From assembly GCA_041576165.1 (NCBI GenBank), contig JBFGLM010000001.1:96001-160000 (forward strand): DNA of 64,000 nt, in the 5' to 3' direction. Position 1 is the first letter of the stretch. Every line of letters starts with the position of its first letter. Below, piece after piece: positions 19,939 through 28,865 of the stretch. This stretch comes from Acidimicrobiia bacterium (GTDB lineage: Bacteria; Actinomycetota; Acidimicrobiia; Spongiisociales; Spongiisociaceae). The position numbers and the translations under genes are program-made. The notes below the pieces were generated by a model. The model was not told the DNA's origin, ran no database searches, and worked only from the letters and a program-made list of their open reading frames with translations.

Positions 19939-20294
19939 GCTCCCGAGAGCGAGGCGACGATCAGCGCCACGCATGTGCCGATCAGCACCAGCAGCACCCC
20001 GAGGCCGAGGAAGAAGCCGGTGAGGAACCTGCCCTGGGCCCGGCGGTAACCCCAAATGGGAATCAGAACGAACAGCGCCAGCGTCACCAGCCCGCCCAGG
20101 GAGGCCGCGCCCCGGGTGGCGCCATCGCTGCCGGTGGCGTTGGCAAGACCGGCGAGGAGGCCGCTGATGAGTGCCCCCCCGAACACCGCAACGAGGAACC
20201 CCAAAAACCCGGCCGTCTTCGGGTAGCGGGTTACGAAGGATCCGCCGCGGCCGTCGGGACGGCCGGGTCCCGCCGGTGGTGGCTGGTTGGTCAC
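19935..20294 (-). CDS. Small membrane protein (119 aa, about 3 TM) with a single Cys in a C-terminal LIGTC motif
   Basis: 3' part of track ORF 19935..20942. GTG 20294 overlaps the Lgt stop (GTGA), and its TGA overlaps the rSAM ATG. Confidence 0.8.
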   Translation of the reverse strand: MTNQPPPAGPGRPDGRGGSFVTRYPKTAGFLGFLVAVFGGALISGLLAGLANATGSDGATRGAASLGGLVTLALFVLIPIWGYRRAQGRFLTGFFLGLGVLLVLIGTCVALIVASLSGA

Positions 20295-21076
20295 GCGATC
20301 CCCGGGACAGCTCGGCCGCGGCGGATCAGGCGCCATGTGATCGATACAACCACCACTGCGAATCCGGTCAGGAGGAACAGCTGGGATCCAGACATGCCGA
20401 ACCAGAGGGCCGGGTTGCCCCGGACGAATTCCAGCGCGAAGCGGGCGATGGCATAAGCGCCTACATACATGGGGAAGAGCCGTCCGGCGAAACGGGCGTC
20501 GTCCCGGACTCGCAACAGGAGCACCAGGGCCAGGACGTGGAACCCAATCTCGTAGAGAAACGAGGGATGCATCGGCAGCCCGAGCCGGCACTGGGGGCAG
20601 AACGGCATCTGCATGGCCTGCTCCGCGCTCACGGCCAGCCCCCAAGGAAGAGAGGTCGTGGTCCCGATCTGCTCGGTGAGGAAACACCCGATCCGGCCGA
20701 TCGCCATACCGAGGGCCACCGCCGGAGCGAAGAAGTCGCCGGTCGAACCACGATATCCGATCAGCTTCTTCGCCACGATCGCCCCTACGTACGCGCCGAC
20801 CAGGCCACCGAGAATGGACCGGCCGGCATGGGTGAAGAGCCCGGTGACAGTCGGTTCGGTCCCTTCGGCCAGGTACCGAATGCCGGTGCCCACCCGGGCG
20901 AACAACCCGCCCCCGACCAGCGCACCGGCCACCACCGTCCATAGTTCATCGCTCCACCGGCCCCGCCGGCGGGCCTCTAGCACGAACACCACACCCGCGG
21001 CGAGGACCCCGACCCCGATGAAGAACTCGTGGGTCGGGATGCTCAGCCCTCCCACCGTGAAGAGGACGGGGACCAT
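20291..21076 (-). CDS. Prolipoprotein diacylglyceryl transferase (Lgt) family protein, rSAM-associated paralog
   Basis: MVPVLFTVG, GRSILGGLVG, DFFAPAVALGMAIGRIGCFL, TSLPWG, HPSFLYE, RFALEFVR. Confidence 0.88.
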   Translation of the reverse strand: MVPVLFTVGGLSIPTHEFFIGVGVLAAGVVFVLEARRRGRWSDELWTVVAGALVGGGLFARVGTGIRYLAEGTEPTVTGLFTHAGRSILGGLVGAYVGAIVAKKLIGYRGSTGDFFAPAVALGMAIGRIGCFLTEQIGTTTSLPWGLAVSAEQAMQMPFCPQCRLGLPMHPSFLYEIGFHVLALVLLLRVRDDARFAGRLFPMYVGAYAIARFALEFVRGNPALWFGMSGSQLFLLTGFAVVVVSITWRLIRRGRAVPGIA

Positions 21077-21135
21077 GGGTTCACGCTAGCTGCGAACACG
21101 CCGGCGCGACCGGCGAGACCCTCACGAAGTTGGCT

Positions 21136-21807
21136 TCAGTCGCGGGCAAGCAGCTGGTCTGCCACTGCGTCCAGGTCGGGCGCGACGATATCGGGACGTT
21201 CGCTGACGGCGGTGAGATACATACCCGGGCGGGCGACGAACGCTCCCAACGCGCCGGCCCGCATTGCGCCGGTAACGTCCCAGTCGTGCGCGGCGATCAT
21301 GCGCAGCTCGCCGATCGGCCGACCCAGCCGCTCGGCCACGGCTCGATACGTCGCAGGGGCGGGCTTGAAAGCTTCCACCATCTCGACGGAGAACGTCTCA
21401 TCGAAGAGGTCGGCCAGGCCGGCGTTGGCCATCTGGTCAGCCACCATCGACCCGCTGGAGTTGGTGAGCGTGACCATCGCAAAGCCGGCGGATCGTATCC
21501 GTTCCAGGGCAGCCCGCACCTCCGGGTGCGGTGGCAGGGCGCGCATGCCGGCCACCACCTCCTGAGCAACTTCTTCGCCGAGTTCGATCCCGGCTCGTCG
21601 GGTAACCAGCAGCAACGCGTCGGTCCCCAGCTCGTCGAACGGCCGGTAGGCGCCAGTGAGGGTCGCAACGAGCGAGTTGCGGAGCATTTGCCCGAACCAC
21701 ACCGGCAACAGATCAACCGTCCCGACTGTTTTTTCAAAGGACGGGCGCAGCGCTCGGAGGTCGAGCAAGGTTTCGTTGACATCGAAGACAAGAGTTTCTC
21801 GGATCAT
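21136..21807 (-). CDS. Haloacid dehalogenase type II
   Basis: FDVNETLLD, LTNS, FKPAP, AAHDWDVTGA. Start ATG 21807. Confidence 0.9.
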   Translation of the reverse strand: MIRETLVFDVNETLLDLRALRPSFEKTVGTVDLLPVWFGQMLRNSLVATLTGAYRPFDELGTDALLLVTRRAGIELGEEVAQEVVAGMRALPPHPEVRAALERIRSAGFAMVTLTNSSGSMVADQMANAGLADLFDETFSVEMVEAFKPAPATYRAVAERLGRPIGELRMIAAHDWDVTGAMRAGALGAFVARPGMYLTAVSERPDIVAPDLDAVADQLLARD

Positions 21808-21886
21808 CCGGGTTCTCCTTGCGGGTGGCTCCAGACGGTCGCTGGCCGCCCGGGCCACGATACGAGTAGCGTGCCGCCCACGAACC

Positions 21887-22624
21887 ATGCCCGATCTGAG
21901 CCTGTTTGTGAACGACCTGGGCGATCCCGTGCCCGCTCTGACCGCCGACGAAATGCGAGAAGTCGACCGCCTCGCCATCGAGGTACACGGGCCGAGTCTC
22001 CTTCAAATGATGGAGAACGCCGGCCGCAACCTCGCCCTGAGCGCACTCGAGCTGTTGGGCAATCGCTGGCGCGATGGGCAACTTCTCGTGCTGGCTGGGA
22101 CCGGCGGCAATGGCGGCGGCGGGATCGCCGCCGCCCGGCACCTGGCCAATCGTGGGGCCGACGTGGCGATCGTCGTGACGAACATCGACGGACTCGAGGA
22201 GGTGCCGACGCTGCAGCTGGACATCTTCAGAGGCACCGACGGCCGCACGCTGGGAGGGTCCGAGCTCGCCTCCACCGAACCAGCGCTGGTGATCGACGCC
22301 ATAATCGGGTATTCCCTGCGAGGATCTCCCCGAGGGGCCGCACTCGACATGATCGAATTCGTCAACGAAAGTTCGGCGCCGGTGGTGTCCCTCGACACGC
22401 CCTCCGGCCTGGATGTCACCTCCGGCACCTGTCCGGGCGCGGTCGTCACGGCCACCACGACGGTCACCCTCGCATTGCCCAAATGCGGTCTCACCGCGCC
22501 GCAGGCCGGCGACGTCGTATTGGCCGACATAGGGATCCCGCCGATCGTGTACAGGTCGCTCGGGCTGGAGTTCACATCGCCCGTTTTCGACCACCGCTAT
22601 CGAGTCCCGCTGGGCCGCGCATGA
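21887..22624 (+). CDS. nnrE: NAD(P)H-hydrate epimerase (stand-alone YjeF-N)
   Basis: MREVDR, MMENAG, GTGGNGGGG, IDAIIG, SLDTPSG, TVTLALPK, LADIGIP. Confidence 0.88.
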   Translation: MPDLSLFVNDLGDPVPALTADEMREVDRLAIEVHGPSLLQMMENAGRNLALSALELLGNRWRDGQLLVLAGTGGNGGGGIAAARHLANRGADVAIVVTNIDGLEEVPTLQLDIFRGTDGRTLGGSELASTEPALVIDAIIGYSLRGSPRGAALDMIEFVNESSAPVVSLDTPSGLDVTSGTCPGAVVTATTTVTLALPKCGLTAPQAGDVVLADIGIPPIVYRSLGLEFTSPVFDHRYRVPLGRA

Positions 22625-23385
22625 CGCCAGCACCCCGCCTCGCCCTCGTCGCCTCACTGGCCCCGGAGGCCCAGCAGGCGGCGGAGCGCCTGTGCGCGAC
22701 GTACACATTCGTCGACCGTGACGAAGCGGACGTGATCGTGGCACTCGGCGGAGACGGTTTGATGTTGCGTACCTTGCATTCGACCGTTGATCGGCCAGTC
22801 CCGGTCTATGGCATGAACCGCGGCTCATTGGGCTGGCTGATGAACCGGTACCGGCCCGATGATTTGATCGAACGGGTGGCTCGGGCCGCGCCGGTCGTCC
22901 TGCATCCGCTCGAGATGGAAGCTGACACCGAGTCCGGCCAGACCCTCCGTGCCTATGCCTTCAATGAGGTGTCGCTCTATCGCCAGACCCATCAAAGCGC
23001 CAAGCTCTCGATCAAGATCGACGGTGTGGAGCGACTGCCGGAGTTGATGGCCGACGGCCTGGTCGTGTCGACGCCGGCCGGGAGCACCGCCTACAACCTC
23101 TCGGCCGGCGGTCCGATCGTCCCGCTCCAGGCGAATGTGCTCGCGGTCACTCCACTCAGTCCGTTCCGTCCGAGCCGCTGGCCCGGTGCGTTGATCCGGG
23201 ACAGCGCCGCCGTGACGGTCGACATTCTGGAAGTCCAGAAACGACCGGTAGGAGCGGTGGCCGATTCAACCGAAGTGCGAAATGTGAGCTCAGTCCGGAT
23301 TCGCAAATCCTCCCAGACCGCCCGGCTGCTGTTCGACTCGGAGGATTCACTCGATGACCGGGTGATGGGTCTGCAATTTGGATGA
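22621..23385 (+). CDS. nadK: NAD kinase
   Basis: LGGDG, GMNRGSLG, FNEV, DGLVVSTPAGSTAYNLSAGGPI. ATG 22621 overlaps the nnrE stop. Confidence 0.92.
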   Translation: MTPAPRLALVASLAPEAQQAAERLCATYTFVDRDEADVIVALGGDGLMLRTLHSTVDRPVPVYGMNRGSLGWLMNRYRPDDLIERVARAAPVVLHPLEMEADTESGQTLRAYAFNEVSLYRQTHQSAKLSIKIDGVERLPELMADGLVVSTPAGSTAYNLSAGGPIVPLQANVLAVTPLSPFRPSRWPGALIRDSAAVTVDILEVQKRPVGAVADSTEVRNVSSVRIRKSSQTARLLFDSEDSLDDRVMGLQFG

Positions 23386-23437
23386 CCCAGCCGGGGGCCG
23401 GAACCACCGACCCCCGCGGGTGTCCGTCCGTCGCCGA

Positions 23438-24319
23438 TCAGAACTCAACGGTCAGTTCGATCATCTCGTTGGCGCGCAAGATGACCGCCGGCACCCTGGC
23501 GCCCTCCTCTATCGTTTCCAACACTGCGTAAAGGTCATCCGCGGTGCTCAACTCGGCCCCGGCGACCGACACCAGCAGATCGCCCTCCCGAATGCCCACT
23601 TGGCCTGCGGGGCTATCGTCCTCGACCACCCGAACCAGCAGGCCGTCGGCTTCCTCCAGCCCGACCGCCCGACGCATCTTGCGGGCGACCTCGTTGGGCG
23701 CAACTCCCACCCCCAGCCTCACCCGGCTTGCGGCTTGACCCGTCCGCAGCCGCGAGATCGTCTGGTCGAGCGTGGGGCCGGCTGGGATCGCCAGGTAAAA
23801 GCCCTCGCCGAGCCGGTTGGTGTTGATCCCGAGCAAGCGACCGTTGCGGTCGACCACCGGCCCACCCGACGACCCGGGGAGGAGCGGCGCCGTGTGTTCG
23901 AGGCTTCCTCGGATCTTGCGGCCCCGCGGACCGCGGAACTCGCGCTGGGTGCCGGATATGTACCCGATGGTCACCCGGAGCCCCTCCCCGCCCGGATTAC
24001 TGAGGCCCAAGACCGGCAGACCGATATCGGGCGTTTCGCCGGCCTCGCGTGAGATCGGCACCATCTCGCCGGTGTCTGCCTCGATGATGGCCAGGTCGGA
24101 TTCGTAATCAGCCGCGACGACGGTGCCCTCCGCCCGCCGTCCGTCACCAAAACTCACTCCGACCCCCTCACGGCGGACGTTGTGGGCATTGGTGAGCACG
24201 ATGCCCGGCTCGATCACGATGCCCGAACCCCGGGGCCCGCGGCGGCCGATCCCTACGACCGATGGACCCACCTGATCGGCGATTTCGCTGATCGCTTGCT
24301 GCATTTCTTCCAAGAGCAC
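23438..24319 (-). CDS. S1C (HtrA-like) serine protease with PDZ domain, no signal peptide
   Basis: GSG, LTNAHNV, SDLA, PGSSGGP triad motifs; PDZ SPAGQVGIREGD. Confidence 0.88.
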   Translation of the reverse strand: MLLEEMQQAISEIADQVGPSVVGIGRRGPRGSGIVIEPGIVLTNAHNVRREGVGVSFGDGRRAEGTVVAADYESDLAIIEADTGEMVPISREAGETPDIGLPVLGLSNPGGEGLRVTIGYISGTQREFRGPRGRKIRGSLEHTAPLLPGSSGGPVVDRNGRLLGINTNRLGEGFYLAIPAGPTLDQTISRLRTGQAASRVRLGVGVAPNEVARKMRRAVGLEEADGLLVRVVEDDSPAGQVGIREGDLLVSVAGAELSTADDLYAVLETIEEGARVPAVILRANEMIELTVEF

Positions 24320-24477
24320 CGCACATCCTTTCGTTGCGGTCTGGTCCGCCGCCTCGCCACCGGATCGGATGTCCGGTAGTCGCCGGCCCTCCGGCCCGCC
24401 GGGCCCAGCCAGCCCAGTGGCAGCGGGGTTGAGATTTGCTGGCTGGTTGTCGGCTCCTCGTCGGCCTCCAGGTTGAT

Positions 24478-24501
24478 ACTTGTTACTTGCAAGTTACAAG
24501 T
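24478..24501. promoter_or_regulatory. 24-bp near-perfect palindrome, probable operator of the adjacent HxlR regulator
   Basis: ACTTGTTACTTGCAAGTTACAAGT has one mismatched pair, is AT-rich in a GC-rich context, and abuts TACCAT -10 before ATG 24514. Confidence 0.75.
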
Positions 24502-24513
24502 TACCATAGAGGC

Positions 24514-24945
24514 ATGCGGGCCGAAGCCGGATCGGAGAGCGAAGTGAATCCCCTCACCGCCGCCTTGGAGCGGGTGGGTGATCGCTGGACGCTGCTGCTC
24601 GTCCAGGCCCTGCTGCGGGGCCCGCGACGGTTCGGCGACCTCGAGCGCGAGATCCAGGGGATCGCACCCAACATTCTCACGAAACGGCTCCAGCATTTGG
24701 GACGCGAGGGCCTCGTGCTCGCTATCCCCTACACCCAACGACCGCTGCGGGTCGATTACCGGCTGACGGGCACCGGCCAGGAGCTGGCCGGGGCGCTCCG
24801 GCTACTGGCTCACTGGGGTGCCCGCCACAGCGAAGCCGACCCACCCCGGCATGATGCCTGTGGGACTCCGTTGGAGCCGCGCTGGCACTGCCCTACTTGT
24901 GAGCGTCAGGTCGCCGATGATGAGGAGGCCATCCGGTTCCTGTGA
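24514..24945 (+). CDS. HxlR family winged-helix transcriptional regulator
   Basis: ALERVGDRWTLLLV, RRFGDL, GIAPNILTKRL, YRLT; C-terminal HDACG...HCPTC. Confidence 0.9.
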   Translation: MRAEAGSESEVNPLTAALERVGDRWTLLLVQALLRGPRRFGDLEREIQGIAPNILTKRLQHLGREGLVLAIPYTQRPLRVDYRLTGTGQELAGALRLLAHWGARHSEADPPRHDACGTPLEPRWHCPTCERQVADDEEAIRFL

Positions 24946-24975
24946 GTCGGGTGGCCGGCGGTGGGTCGGGATCCC

Positions 24976-25863
24976 TCAGCCTTCGATCGTGTGCTCGGGA
25001 CCGCGGAAGAAGCGGGTGGTGGGGTACGCCAGGCTGATGCTGGGATCCTCAGCAAACGCGGCCAGGATGGCCTTCCAAACCATATGGTCGATCGTCCGCC
25101 GGCGGCGGACAACCACCAGCAGCCGGCCGGTGAGCCGAACTCCGTTCTTCACCGCACGAACGTAGACCGTCGGGGTCAAATGCCGATAGCGAAGAAAGTA
25201 GTAAGTGGACGCCTTCTCGATCTCGGCGGCAACCCCGTCGGCCGGATCTGCCGAGAACTCGTCCAGGATCTTCTGGAGCAGTGATTCGGCTCTCTCCCAG
25301 TTCGATTCGAACGTCACCGTGACTTCGATCTCATGCCAGACGTAGGGAAAGCCCTCCGTGAAGTTGGCGGTCGGCTCGGTGAAGAGCAGCCCGTTCGGCA
25401 CGTGCAAGATCCGCCCCGTCGACTGATCCGCATCCACCCAGTTGCGGATCTCCAACAGACTGAAGCGCAGCAGCCGGATGTCGATCACATCGCCGGCGTG
25501 CTTGCCGATCTCGATTCGATCGCCGGCCCGAAACGGCCGCCGCACGAGGATGTAGACCCAGCCGGCGATGTTCTTGATGACGTCGGTGAGCGCGATCGTC
25601 ACACCGGCTGCGATCAGACCGATGAAGGTGGAGATGTTGCCGAGTTCCTCGATCCAGACCACGCCGATCGCCAACACGGCAACACTGACGGCCAGGTAGC
25701 TGAGGGTCTTACGCGATCGGAAGATCGCAGCCGAGTCTTCGAACCGAGTTGTGATCGTCCGAATCGCCAACCAGCGCAGCAGAGCGAGACTGCCGACAAT
25801 GAACACCGTCCACAGCACTTTGGCGCTGTTGGTATCGAGGAACGTATTGAGGTAGTCGGTCAT
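24976..25863 (-). CDS. Small-conductance mechanosensitive channel (MscS family)
   Basis: 3 TM, RRPFRAGDRIEIG..GDVIDI, STGRILHVPN, LAYPT. Confidence 0.9.
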   Translation of the reverse strand: MTDYLNTFLDTNSAKVLWTVFIVGSLALLRWLAIRTITTRFEDSAAIFRSRKTLSYLAVSVAVLAIGVVWIEELGNISTFIGLIAAGVTIALTDVIKNIAGWVYILVRRPFRAGDRIEIGKHAGDVIDIRLLRFSLLEIRNWVDADQSTGRILHVPNGLLFTEPTANFTEGFPYVWHEIEVTVTFESNWERAESLLQKILDEFSADPADGVAAEIEKASTYYFLRYRHLTPTVYVRAVKNGVRLTGRLLVVVRRRRTIDHMVWKAILAAFAEDPSISLAYPTTRFFRGPEHTIEG

Positions 25864-26230
25864 CGGTCACACCCGGCAGTCCGCCGCCCGCCTGGATGGA
25901 AGGTGTCCGTGGGGTCGAGGCGACGGGCAGCACCATCGAGGCACGTACCGACTGGGTCCCCCGCCCCATTCGTTCGCCGTCCCGCGCAGGCCTGACGCGT
26001 TCGCTCCATGCTGCGCACCCTACCGGGGCTGGTACCCCACGCCACAGTCCACGCTCGGCTCTCGACCCGCCAGCCTCTACCCTGCGTGCCACCCTCGGTG
26101 GAGTCCCTGGTGATTCTCGGAAAAAACCAAAAGGTCGTTCTAATATCGGTGGCCGGCGCGGGCCGTACCTCATGACTGCAGTGCGGCCTTCGGTGCCTGC
26201 ACGCTGCCGGAAGCTGCAGGGGAGGGACCG

Positions 26231-26878
26231 TTGACAAATCAGCCCGACAGCAGCGACTGGGTGACCGAGCCGGTTCAGGCTCGTAGCCAGGAAACTCTCA
26301 CCCGGTTTCTGGACGCCGCCGAGGAGCTCCTGAAAGAGCAGTCGTTCGACGACATCACTGTCGCCGAGATAGTGCGCCGAGCGGAGCGGACGGTGGGCTC
26401 CTTCTACGCCAGATTCACCGACAAGGATGCTCTCGTCCGCACTCTCGTCCAGCGTGTGATGGATGAGCTCGTCGCCAACATGCGGGATCGGTTCGCACCC
26501 GACCACTGGCGTGAGACTCCTATTGTGGAAATCGTGTCGGCCGCCGTCGCCGCTGCCGCCACTACGCTCTGGAAGCACGTCCACGTGGCCCGCGCCGCGC
26601 TGATCCTGGCCAGCCGCGACGAGCACGCACGCATCTTTCGGGCTGCCAACTATCAGGCGATGTCGGAAGCTGTCGTCTTCGCCATGAAGGCCTCAGAAGC
26701 GGACCCGGACGACGTTCCCCCCGACAGTGCGATTCGTGACGCCATCGAGGTGGTGACCGCCGTGCTGGACACACGCCTCCTCTACGCCGACTCGTGGAAA
26801 CCCGGGGAGATGCTCGACCTCGGCCGGGAGATAGACGACATCACCGATATCTGTCTACGGGTGCTGCGACTGGGATAG
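26231..26878 (+). CDS. TetR/AcrR family transcriptional regulator
   Basis: QARSQET..RFLDAA, ITVAEIVRRA..TVGSFYARFTDK. TTG start with GGGAGG RBS. Confidence 0.9.
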   Translation: MTNQPDSSDWVTEPVQARSQETLTRFLDAAEELLKEQSFDDITVAEIVRRAERTVGSFYARFTDKDALVRTLVQRVMDELVANMRDRFAPDHWRETPIVEIVSAAVAAAATTLWKHVHVARAALILASRDEHARIFRAANYQAMSEAVVFAMKASEADPDDVPPDSAIRDAIEVVTAVLDTRLLYADSWKPGEMLDLGREIDDITDICLRVLRLG

Positions 26879-27055
26879 TGCCGATCGACGACGCGGGCGC
26901 TGGTCCAGCGAGACCGAACCGCACCGTCCTGCGCGGCCGTTGCCCTCGAGGCCCGCGGCCACCATCTCGCCGGACTCTGATCGAGTCAGCTCCCCCGCCA
27001 TCGGCGCCGCCGGGACGGGTGGCTAGGTTGACTGATCCACGATCGGGATGAGGCC

Positions 27056-27838
27056 ATGACGAGGAGGATCCGGATCGGCGTGCAGCTGGCCCCACAACAC
27101 GCCGAGTATGCCGACATTCGCCGGGCCATACTCCGCGCCGAGGAGCTCGGGGTGGACGTCGTCTACAACTGGGATCACTTCTTTCCAGTCTGGGGCGATG
27201 CCAACGGCAAGCACTTCGAATGCTGGACGATGCTGGGGGCGTGGGCGGAGGTGACCGAGCGTGTAGAGATCGGCGCGCTGGTCAGCTGCAACTCCTATCG
27301 CAACCCGCACCTCCTGGCCGACATGGCCCGCACGGTCGACCACATCAGCGGCGGACGCCTGATCTTGGGCATGGGTTCGGGCTGGTTTGAGCGCGACTAC
27401 ACCGAGTATGAGTACCCGTACGGGACCGCCGGCGGTCGGCTCCGGGAGCTGGAGGTGGGTTTGTACAAGATTCGGCGTCGCTTGTCCCAGCTCAATCCCC
27501 CGCCGACTCGCTCCATCCCGGTGCTTATCGGAGGTGGCGGGGAGAAGCTCACACTGCGGCTGACGGCGCAATACGCCGACATCTGGCATGGCTTCGGCAG
27601 CCCGGACGTCATTCAGCGAAAGAACGCGGTGCTGAACGATTGGTGCGTCCGCCTGGGCCGCGACCCGACCGAGATCGAGCGGGCGGTGGGGGTGGACGCC
27701 GGAACGCCCGTTGCCACCGGTGACGAGCTCTTCGCAGCCGGAGTGACCCAGCTGACGATCGGACTCAACGGTCCCGATTACGATACGGATCCGATCACCG
27801 ACTGGCTGGCCTGGGCGCAGGAGAAGAACGGCCGATGA
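27056..27838 (+). CDS. LLM class F420-dependent oxidoreductase
   Basis: NWDHFFP, GKHFECW, CNSYRNPHLLADMARTVDHISGGR, IGGGGEK. Confidence 0.9.
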   Translation: MTRRIRIGVQLAPQHAEYADIRRAILRAEELGVDVVYNWDHFFPVWGDANGKHFECWTMLGAWAEVTERVEIGALVSCNSYRNPHLLADMARTVDHISGGRLILGMGSGWFERDYTEYEYPYGTAGGRLRELEVGLYKIRRRLSQLNPPPTRSIPVLIGGGGEKLTLRLTAQYADIWHGFGSPDVIQRKNAVLNDWCVRLGRDPTEIERAVGVDAGTPVATGDELFAAGVTQLTIGLNGPDYDTDPITDWLAWAQEKNGR

Positions 27839-27887
27839 GGCGGCCGCCGGTCTCAGCTTGGGACTGGTGATGCTCTAACGTCTCCCG

Positions 27888-28850
27888 ATGCTCATTTGGG
27901 GACTGGTGCTGGTTGTCGCCGGCATTGTGGTGATGTGGCTCGCGGCGGACCCGTTCGTAGTCGCCGCCGCCCGTCTCGCCTATTTGTGGGGAGTCTCGCC
28001 CGTCCTCATCGGCGCGTTGGTGATCGGATTCGGCACATCTGCCCCGGAGCTCCTCGTCAGCGGCATCTCGGCGGCCCAGGGTGAACTCGAAGCTGCGGTC
28101 GGCAACGTGGTCGGCTCGAACGCCGCCAACTTGAGTCTGGTGCTGGGCGTCAGCGCACTGATGTCCCCTGTGTCGGGGCACCTCCGCACGGTGCGGCGGG
28201 AAGGAGCCGTCACGCTGGTGGCGATGGTCATCATGAGCTGGATCATGCTCGACGACCGGCTGGACCGAGTTGAGGGTCTCGCGCTGCTCATGGGCATGGC
28301 CGTCGCCAGCGCATTGATCGTGGCATGGTCCAGGCGCGACATCGCTATCGGGGCGGTCGAGTTGGACATCGAGGGGGTGCATCCTGGCGAGCACTACGCA
28401 GTTTCCCGCGAGCTCCGCAACGCGGCCCTCGGCATCATCGCAATTGTCGTGGGTGCGGCGTTACTGAACCGGGGAGGAACGATCCTGGCCGACGTACTGG
28501 GGCTGACCGGCGGGTTCATCGGCGCCACCATTTTCGCGCTCGGAACCAGCCTCCCCGAGCTCGTCACCGCAATTGCAGCAGCCCGCCGCCGAGCCAACGA
28601 CCTGGTTGTCGGCAACGTCATGGGCTCCAACATCTTCAACTCGCTGTTGGTCGTCGGGAGCGCGGCTGCCCTCGGGCCCGGCGTGCTCAGCGAGCGCCGC
28701 ATAAGCGAGCTCATCATCATGCTGTTGATCGGGGTGGCGGCCGGAACGTTCGTCGCCACCGGGAACCGCCTCAACCGGATCGAGGGCGCCGGGCTGCTGC
28801 TTGCATACGGGGGCTTCCTGGCCGCCACTGCCCAGATGGCGACCGGCTGA
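27888..28850 (+). CDS. Calcium/sodium antiporter (CaCA, YrbG-like)
   Basis: Two alpha repeats GTSAPE...GNVVGSN and GTSLPE...GNVMGSN. Confidence 0.92.
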   Translation: MLIWGLVLVVAGIVVMWLAADPFVVAAARLAYLWGVSPVLIGALVIGFGTSAPELLVSGISAAQGELEAAVGNVVGSNAANLSLVLGVSALMSPVSGHLRTVRREGAVTLVAMVIMSWIMLDDRLDRVEGLALLMGMAVASALIVAWSRRDIAIGAVELDIEGVHPGEHYAVSRELRNAALGIIAIVVGAALLNRGGTILADVLGLTGGFIGATIFALGTSLPELVTAIAAARRRANDLVVGNVMGSNIFNSLLVVGSAAALGPGVLSERRISELIIMLLIGVAAGTFVATGNRLNRIEGAGLLLAYGGFLAATAQMATG

Positions 28851-28865
28851 TCTGCGGCCCACCTG

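Noticed and set aside
21130-23385. Apparent 751-aa NAD kinase fusion
   Set aside because: Only 22621-23385 is kinase. The upstream part overlaps the dehalogenase (antisense) and nnrE (another frame).
25864-26230. Long intergenic region with an A-rich patch as a possible ncRNA or riboswitch
   Set aside because: No recognisable RNA family motif or convincing structure; best explained as divergent promoters and a possible TetR site.
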